IMG/VR virus record: IMGVR_UViG_3300032236_001416
Span: 3,696 to 67,695 of that record
Strand: one strand, 5' to 3'
DNA length: 64,000 nt
Source of the DNA: a virus
The first letter of the stretch is position 1. Every line of letters begins with the position of its first letter. Positions 58,364-64,000 of the stretch are shown here, in pieces. The notes beneath the pieces are model-generated. The model was not told the origin of the DNA, did not search any database, and was given only the letters and a program-made list of their open reading frames with translations. Position numbers and translations under genes: made by a program.

Positions 58364-60073
58364 ATGGATTATACACGTTCCTCGTTAATAAGAAGTAAGA
58401 GTATATCGGAATTAATGTTCGAACAGGACAGAACTTTCCGTGAAGCTTTATCCGACAAAACCAAAGCTCGATTGATGGGTATAAAAGAGACATTTACTCC
58501 TCTTAATATTGTTAGAATGTTGACTGGTTCTGGTGGTATTGGAAAGTCTATAAGGACTGTAGCTGGTCGTGCTATGGGTTATTCCGAAAGAGATATTCAA
58601 TACTTTGGTGGTTACAAAAGAAAACGTTCTATCTATGGTGCTGATAGAAGTAGAGTTCCAGCTGGATCAAAATCTCCAGTTAAAGTAAATGATAGTACAG
58701 CCGATATTTTGGCTAAAATGTACAATCTAATGCGAAAGATTGATGAAGATAATACCAGAAGATATGAGAAAGAACAAAATTTTGAAGAAGAAAATATATT
58801 AGAAGATAAAAAACGCCATGAAAAAATTTTAGATGCTTTAGGTGTAAAGAATAAAAAAGTACCAGAAAAGGTAGAAAAACCAAAAGAAGAAACAGATGAG
58901 AAAGATGGTATATTAGTTAAAATATTCTCTAGTGTATTTGGTGTTTTTAAGAAAGTGTTTTCGTTCTTTAAGGTTATTGGAGAAGGTTTACTTACAATAT
59001 TAACAATTGGTGGATTAGTTAAAACATTATCTTTGATTGGAGATATGTTTAAAATGCCAATAAAACTTTTTTCTAATATATTGATATCAATTTTACCTAC
59101 TTTGGCGAGACTTTTATTTGGAATTTTTAGAGCTCCATTTACTGCACTTGCTACGGGAATTTTTGCTTCATTAATTGCTATACAAGATAGAGATTTTACA
59201 AAAGGTTTTGATTTTTCCAAATATAAAAATCAGTTACCTGGACAACAATTCGTTCAATATGATAAAGATACTGGTAAACCAATTGGTTTTCCTGTTGGAA
59301 AAGGTATGCCAACATCTATGTTGAATGAATTTGGAAACAAAACTGAAAATGATACACCATATGATGATGAAGCTTTTTATAAACTAAAAACTGGCCAAAA
59401 AAATATCTATCCTGTTCCAATAATAGGAACAGCTAGAGAAATACAATTAGCTCTAAGTGATGAAGAAGCTTTGCAATTATTTAAATCATATCAAATATTT
59501 GAAGAAGCACATAAACGATATCTTGCGGCCGAGGCAACTGGAAATAAAGAATCTATTATCAATGCAAAATCTGTATTGGCACAAGTAGAATCTGAAGTAA
59601 ATGATATTTTAGCTAGACATACAAGAAACACATACAAAAAATATCAAAGTGGTGATATAGGAGATATTTACAAATTATTCACAGAAAAATCTTATTCTAA
59701 ACAACAACTCGCTATTGATAGTATTTTAAGAACAACTATTGGAAATAGCATGGGAGAAATCCAAAAAGAAATTGGTGATAGAATAAACGATGTATCTAAA
59801 AGTATGGGAATTGATACTGCTAAGAATACATTAGGAAAAACCATAGATGATATAAGTAATGAGTTTAAAAAATTAGAACCTATAATCGAAAAAGTAAAAA
59901 ACATACCTAACATTATGGATTCAGATGAAGTTAAATCTCTTGAGGAATATTTTGAAAAGCAAAAATCTAGTGTTATGAATTTAAATCAAAAAAATACTCC
60001 ACAACAACAATCGAATCTAAGAACTATTGAAATACGTGATTTGAAATTACTTGAATCTTCTAATTCAAAATAG
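58364..60073 (+). CDS. Tape-measure-like (gp29-like) helical protein with a hydrophobic central segment
   Basis: Helical, amphipathic/hydrophobic region at about aa 185-275; shares a KVN..ADILA.MYN.M block with the upstream gene. Confidence 0.6.
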   Translation: MDYTRSSLIRSKSISELMFEQDRTFREALSDKTKARLMGIKETFTPLNIVRMLTGSGGIGKSIRTVAGRAMGYSERDIQYFGGYKRKRSIYGADRSRVPAGSKSPVKVNDSTADILAKMYNLMRKIDEDNTRRYEKEQNFEEENILEDKKRHEKILDALGVKNKKVPEKVEKPKEETDEKDGILVKIFSSVFGVFKKVFSFFKVIGEGLLTILTIGGLVKTLSLIGDMFKMPIKLFSNILISILPTLARLLFGIFRAPFTALATGIFASLIAIQDRDFTKGFDFSKYKNQLPGQQFVQYDKDTGKPIGFPVGKGMPTSMLNEFGNKTENDTPYDDEAFYKLKTGQKNIYPVPIIGTAREIQLALSDEEALQLFKSYQIFEEAHKRYLAAEATGNKESIINAKSVLAQVESEVNDILARHTRNTYKKYQSGDIGDIYKLFTEKSYSKQQLAIDSILRTTIGNSMGEIQKEIGDRINDVSKSMGIDTAKNTLGKTIDDISNEFKKLEPIIEKVKNIPNIMDSDEVKSLEEYFEKQKSSVMNLNQKNTPQQQSNLRTIEIRDLKLLESSNSK

Positions 60074-60078
60074 GAAAT

Positions 60079-60101
60079 AAAAAACCCCGCCGAAGCGGGG
60101 T
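60079..60101 (-). terminator. Rho-independent terminator of gene 32 with C(UUCG)G tetraloop
   Basis: Minus strand ACCCCGC-UUCG-GCGGGGU-UUUUU, between convergent genes. Confidence 0.9.
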
Positions 60102-60121
60102 CTGCACTTGCATGGGATTCT

Positions 60122-60991
60122 TTAATCTTCAGCCAACTTTGAGAAGTAAGCCAAATCTTCATCTTCATCTTCTGTGATATCAACTTCAACAGGCTTTTTA
60201 GGAGCAGCCTTCAAAGTCTCAACAGTAGTCTTAGGTACATCAGTAGCACCCAACACTTTATCCAAACGTGCCTTCAAGTCATCATATGATTTGAATTCTT
60301 TATCAGCAGTCAAAGCTGTAAGCGAATGCTGTGATTTCCAAATCTTCTCTAATTCACCATCATCTTCCAACAAAGGAGATGCCGACATGAACTCTGACTT
60401 GTCATAGTTCTGATAACCAGCAACTTTAGTAATCTTCAACTTGAAGTTAGCACCTTTCCACAAATCAAATGGATTGATTGGTGTTTCATCTTCAAACTGT
60501 GGATTCATTGCCTCTGTAATCTTTTCGAAAATCTTGGCACCAAACTTGAACAATTTAACTTGTCCTTCGTTCTCTGGATGCTTAGGATCACTTACGATAT
60601 ACACGTTAGCAATGTAAGATAGTTTACGTTTTTGTTTACGTACAATTTCTTTGTTAGCTTCGATGCCAGAGTTCCACAATTTGTTGTTGTGTTCACATAC
60701 TGGACATTGTTGACCTTTAGTAGTCAAACAATTATCGATTAACCAACCACCTGGACCCTGAAATCCATGACCAAAGATTTTAGCCCAAGGAAGACCATCA
60801 TCACCATCAACTGCGGCAGCAGGTAGGAAACGAATAACGGCAAGGCCATTACCTGCTTTGTCTACTTCTGGTCGCCAATAATTATCTTTGTCGGATTTAC
60901 CACCTTCTGATGAGCTTGAGAGTTGCTCGATGGCTTTAGTGAGTTTGTCCAGATTGCCTGAACTCTTTTTTAGTTTTGAAAAATCTGTCAT
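60122..60991 (-). CDS. gp32: Single-stranded DNA-binding protein gp32
   Basis: DKAGNG.AVIRFLP, HGFQGPGGW.IDNC.TT....CPVC, GANFKLK, NYDKSEF, acidic tail. Confidence 0.95.
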   Translation of the reverse strand: MTDFSKLKKSSGNLDKLTKAIEQLSSSSEGGKSDKDNYWRPEVDKAGNGLAVIRFLPAAAVDGDDGLPWAKIFGHGFQGPGGWLIDNCLTTKGQQCPVCEHNNKLWNSGIEANKEIVRKQKRKLSYIANVYIVSDPKHPENEGQVKLFKFGAKIFEKITEAMNPQFEDETPINPFDLWKGANFKLKITKVAGYQNYDKSEFMSASPLLEDDGELEKIWKSQHSLTALTADKEFKSYDDLKARLDKVLGATDVPKTTVETLKAAPKKPVEVDITEDEDEDLAYFSKLAED

Positions 60992-61073
60992 GATTTTTGC
61001 CTTTCTAGTATAAACGGAATATAACGGATTATTAACGGATTGTCCACATTATTCATAATATGGTTTATTTAGG
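60992..61073 (-). promoter_or_regulatory. Gene 32 leader: late promoter, hairpin and triple AAUCCGUUA-like repeat (putative autogenous operator)
   Basis: CCTAAATA (61073-61066), hairpin CCAUAUUA-UGAA-UAAUGUGG, three (A/U)UCCGUU repeats at 61011-61041, SD GAAAGG. Confidence 0.6.
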
Positions 61074-61565
61074 CGTTTCTGAAACATAATGTTTCAACAT
61101 TGCCACAGTCCCATTGGCTGTATTATGCCAAATGGCAACTCCACCAGCCTTACGCCAATCATCAATAACACTTATGGTGTCATCAATAATTAATGTGTCT
61201 GGCTTCGCATATTTGTACTTGTTTTGTTTTCCAGGTACAAATATGGGTGTGAATTCGATATCATGTTTTTTCAACCAAGATATCTTTTGTTTTGAAATTG
61301 CTTCGTATCTATTTTCACTTGCTGTTGAAGATAAAATTGATGTTGGTATAGGTAAACTACGTAGAAAGTCTATTAATAACATTGCTTGTGGCATCAATTC
61401 GAGTGTTTCAAAATGACAATCAGCAATAAATTTATCAAAAAAACCACCAAATTCTTTATCATCTCTGGTTTGTTCTGGTGATATATCAAACAATTCTTTA
61501 TATCGTTTAACAAAATCTGAAATTACACCATCCATATCTAAGTAAATGTGTGATATACTATTCAA
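61065..61565 (-). CDS. HAD-family 5'(3')-deoxyribonucleotidase-like protein
   Basis: YLDMDGVISDF, ILSS, K..W, LIIDD, W...GG..I.H. Confidence 0.85.
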   Translation of the reverse strand: MNSISHIYLDMDGVISDFVKRYKELFDISPEQTRDDKEFGGFFDKFIADCHFETLELMPQAMLLIDFLRSLPIPTSILSSTASENRYEAISKQKISWLKKHDIEFTPIFVPGKQNKYKYAKPDTLIIDDTISVIDDWRKAGGVAIWHNTANGTVAMLKHYVSETPK

Positions 61566-62173
61566 TTTAAAAGTTCCTTTAGAATTATTTTTAATTTGTT
61601 TTTGTCATAAGTGATGAATGGTGTATATTTTACATACCTTCTTTTCAATGTAGGCCAGACAACTGTATCGGATATTTTTTTGTCCCACATGGGAAAGAAA
61701 TTCATAATGTCATTTAGTGTCACCATGGTTTCAACACAAACAGCATTCTGTAATACTTTTTTTAGAAGTAATGGATACTGTCCATCATTAACAATCAACA
61801 TTTCATTTGGTGAATCTATCAATGAAAGAAGTTCTATTATATCTTGTTCGAAACGATATGTCAAGCTCTGGTTTCTTTTTTGCCACTTCTTGTAGGTTTC
61901 TTCACCATCTAAATTATTAATGTCACCAATCCAGTTGACATCCTTTTCTAACAGGTTTGCCACATAGAAGTTCTTGAGGTCTTCCAATCGGTACTTACGT
62001 GATAGTTTATAGAATGTAAACTTATCCTTTCGTACGGAGAATTTATCTGGGGTAACACCGGATTTCCCATGATAACGAAAATAATCGTAAGAATCAGTAG
62101 TAAAATGAAGCTTAATCGCATTGAACATGGCAAAGGCCGAGAAGCCTGAACCTTCCTCAAAGTTGAAAATCAT
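61562..62173 (-). CDS. gp59: Helicase loader gp59
   Basis: A.K.HFT...YDYF.Y.GK, F..RKDK..F.KL, YTPF. Confidence 0.9.
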   Translation of the reverse strand: MIFNFEEGSGFSAFAMFNAIKLHFTTDSYDYFRYHGKSGVTPDKFSVRKDKFTFYKLSRKYRLEDLKNFYVANLLEKDVNWIGDINNLDGEETYKKWQKRNQSLTYRFEQDIIELLSLIDSPNEMLIVNDGQYPLLLKKVLQNAVCVETMVTLNDIMNFFPMWDKKISDTVVWPTLKRRYVKYTPFITYDKNKLKIILKELLN

Positions 62174-62391
62174 AAAGGTAGTTTAGAACTCTTTTTCAAT
62201 AGGTTGAGTTCTTGTGCCTCTTCACGTAGTTTAGACTTTAAAGCTGATGAAATCAATGTAGATGCTACATCAATCTCCATACCTGTCTGTTCACAGTAAC
62301 CAACGATAGCATCCATGATTGAAAGATTTTCCTGTTCAGCCAGTTCTGCTATCTTGGTACTAAATTCACTTATTTCATTTTTTGTCGGCAT
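62170..62391 (-). CDS. gp33: Late transcription co-activator gp33
   Basis: MDAIV.YC....., IS..LK.KL..EA..LN.L...SKLP; start at ATG 62391 (MPTKNE). Confidence 0.88.
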   Translation of the reverse strand: MPTKNEISEFSTKIAELAEQENLSIMDAIVGYCEQTGMEIDVASTLISSALKSKLREEAQELNLLKKSSKLPL

Positions 62392-62392
62392 T

Positions 62393-62875
62393 TTAACTTC
62401 TTGTGTAGAATAGATGGTTTCCAATTTTAGCAACATACTTCAATTTCCATGCCGGATTTACCGATGTGTTATGATAGTACATTGAATTAGTTTTGTATAT
62501 TGTATCATGTAATCGACCTTCTGTCAAGGCTTTTTTGGCAACAATCATACACTCTTCCCATGCGTATTTGTTGGTAACAGGACCAACTCTTTCACCAACC
62601 CAACTGAATTGGTATGTTTGATTTACTTTTTGATATACAACTTCACAAACTGTTCGTGGAAATTGTTTTGAGTTGGCACGGTTCATAGTTACCTGTGCTA
62701 CTGCTAGTTTGCCTTCAAAAGGCTCTTTTGCGGCTTCGTAATAAATGTTCTTAGCCATGCATAGAATTTGTTGACCAATTTCACCTGATACTTCTTGCAC
62801 CTCCGATACTGGTTGTTGATGTGAAACTGCCGGTATCATTAAAGCAAATAATGTAATTAGAATGAATTTCTTCAT
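62393..62875 (-). CDS. SleB-like cell wall hydrolase (Hydrolase_2) with signal peptide
   Basis: C.A.NIYYEA..E...G..AVAQVT.NR....FP.TVC.VVYQ...QFSW, IGNH.FY. Confidence 0.9.
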   Translation of the reverse strand: MKKFILITLFALMIPAVSHQQPVSEVQEVSGEIGQQILCMAKNIYYEAAKEPFEGKLAVAQVTMNRANSKQFPRTVCEVVYQKVNQTYQFSWVGERVGPVTNKYAWEECMIVAKKALTEGRLHDTIYKTNSMYYHNTSVNPAWKLKYVAKIGNHLFYTRS

Positions 62876-62892
62876 TAATTCTCCTTGTGTGT

Positions 62893-62917
62893 GTTAAAGG
62901 AGGCGAACCTCCTTAAC
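62893..62917 (-). promoter_or_regulatory. UUCG hairpin between the 93-aa gene and the hydrolase (weak terminator or translational switch)
   Basis: GUUAAGGAGG-UUCG-CCUCCUUUAAC. Confidence 0.6.
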
Positions 62918-62919
62918 CC

Positions 62920-63201
62920 TCAGGTAGTAGTTTTTCTGCTGACCTTGATTTCAGGTGCAGTAGTAACATTAGACACAAAACCATTCAAGGTCGCTGCCTT
63001 GCTGATTATGTCTGATTCTGAGGGGATTGCTGGCAAGGCCGGATGTTCTGGTGGTACTTCACCTTTGGCTCTTGCTGTTTCGCACTTAACATGCCATTCG
63101 GATTGTATCCGATTGCTTTGTGCGTGGTAATCATCATATAACATATCTCTAGCCATTTTTAATAGTTCAAGACGAATTTCAAAAGGTGTCATGTTTGACA
63201 T
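62920..63201 (-). CDS. Conserved small phage protein (TPFEIRLELLKMA type), function unknown
   Basis: SD ACAGGAG, own late promoter and structured leader. Confidence 0.75.
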   Translation of the reverse strand: MSNMTPFEIRLELLKMARDMLYDDYHAQSNRIQSEWHVKCETARAKGEVPPEHPALPAIPSESDIISKAATLNGFVSNVTTAPEIKVSRKTTT

Positions 63202-63245
63202 AGTTTTCTCCTGTGTTGTGATAAGTGTGTTGGTGGTTTTTAGAA

Positions 63246-63278
63246 ATGGGTTCCACCGAACCCATGTACTTATTTAGG
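63246..63278 (-). promoter_or_regulatory. Late promoter CCTAAATA followed by a 5' hairpin
   Basis: CCTAAATA at 63278-63271, then AUGGGUUC-GGUG-GAACCCAU. Confidence 0.6.
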
Positions 63279-63281
63279 TTA

Positions 63282-63821
63282 TCAGAAACCCATTGTGTAT
63301 GCGATAGCAACAACTTTCTGGTTATTGTCACCGTTAACACGGTCATACTTCAATGCAACAGAATCTTTTGCATTCAAGGCATATGCCAATGAATAACGCA
63401 TTGTGTGAGTCTGGTCATTGTTTTGTGATGGATCAAATGCTGAGCGGAAACGATATCCAACTTTAGCAGTCAAACCATAACCGATTGGTGCAGCAATACC
63501 TGGTTCCACAGAATAGTATGTGAAGTCAGTTGTGTTGCTATACTTTTGACCAACAGCGGCACGAGCATATGTTCCAAATGGACCAGCTACTGTAGCGCCT
63601 GCTTCTAAGCGTGTGCTCAAAGCGTTTGTGCCTTCAGTTTGTGCGTTAGAGATAGCCAAATCACCGGCAAAGCCTGTGAATTCTTTCTTAACACCCAAAA
63701 CATATTGCTGTTGTGCAGCAGCTTGATTGTTGTTGATATGTTGACCTTCAACGGTAACGCTATCTGCAGCATAAGCTGTTACGCTCAATGCAACCAAAGT
63801 TGCGATTGCTAATTTCTTCAT
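63282..63821 (-). CDS. Outer-membrane beta-barrel (porin-like) protein
   Basis: Sec signal MKKLAIATLVALSVTAYA, alternating amphipathic strands, C-terminal YxxxF (AYTMGF) BAM signal, SD AAGGAG. Confidence 0.8.
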   Translation of the reverse strand: MKKLAIATLVALSVTAYAADSVTVEGQHINNNQAAAQQQYVLGVKKEFTGFAGDLAISNAQTEGTNALSTRLEAGATVAGPFGTYARAAVGQKYSNTTDFTYYSVEPGIAAPIGYGLTAKVGYRFRSAFDPSQNNDQTHTMRYSLAYALNAKDSVALKYDRVNGDNNQKVVAIAYTMGF

Positions 63822-63844
63822 TAAAACTCCTTTTTAAATTTAAA

Positions 63845-64000
63845 AACGGTTGATTATTCTGTTACGAGGAAATCAACCAAAACCCTAGTCAGCGTTTAGG
63901 CTGCCAATGCGAACTGTGAGTCGTTTGCGTTTACTTTGATTTAGTTTTTACACCTACTCTGGTGAGTTGTCCACTTCTGTACTTGTTACCCTGTCGAAAC
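63845..64000 (-). ncRNA. ssrA: tmRNA coding piece (apparently two-piece/permuted; 5' part outside the window)
   Basis: GUUUCGACAGGG 5' motif, pk1 ACUCACCAGAGUAGGUG, resume context GUAAAC-GCA, tag ANDSQFALAA-UAA (63928-63896), H5 hairpin, stem GGUUGAUU/AAUCAACC. Confidence 0.9.

Noticed and set aside
58633-59220. 195-aa antisense ORF inside the tape-measure-like gene (also 892..1389 and 62885..63130)
   Set aside because: Entirely or largely antisense to well-supported genes, with no recognisable motifs.
35779-62173. Introns, inteins or homing endonucleases in core genes
   Set aside because: No interrupted genes, and no LAGLIDADG, GIY-YIG, HNH or intein splice motifs were recognised.
1-64000. 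Stop-codon reassignment
   Set aside because: Core genes are full length in code 11, and TAG and TGA end genes at the expected C-termini (for example 16165, 32272, 60073, 62920).

Overview
The window is a 64-kb segment of a large AT-rich T4-like (myovirus) phage genome, almost entirely coding, in standard genetic code. Read right to left on the minus strand it holds: the coding piece of an apparently two-piece (circularly permuted) tmRNA with tag ANDSQFALAA; an outer-membrane beta-barrel gene; a small conserved protein; a SleB-type cell-wall hydrolase; and gp33, gp59, a HAD nucleotidase and gp32. A plus-strand island follows (gp4, gp2, gp54-like, gp26, gp51-like, two paralogous tape-measure/hub-like genes). 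Next comes the baseplate block (gp48, gp53, gp27-like, split gp5, gp25, gp6, gp7, gp8, a 2113-aa VrlC/DUF4815-like protein), then about 27 kb of modular tail-fibre/adhesin genes, and directly downstream a nine-gene glycan-building and decorating cluster (GT9, NodU-type carbamoyltransferase, sulfotransferase, FkbM methyltransferase, GT4, RmlB-like dehydratase, two GT-A-like proteins, APS kinase-HxGH fusion). The most notable signals are: (1) a U UUU UUC -1 frameshift that would fuse gp26 to gp51 like lambda gpG/gpGT; (2) a plug-and-socket pattern of C-terminal DGGxF motifs and N-terminal IQxKRS/LQxRRG domains across consecutive fibre genes; (3) a Nod-factor-like modification cassette abutting a Cys-rich 2630-aa fibre; (4) the permuted tmRNA; (5) late promoters placed 4 nt before start codons. 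All family calls come from recognising motifs by eye; no database search was run.
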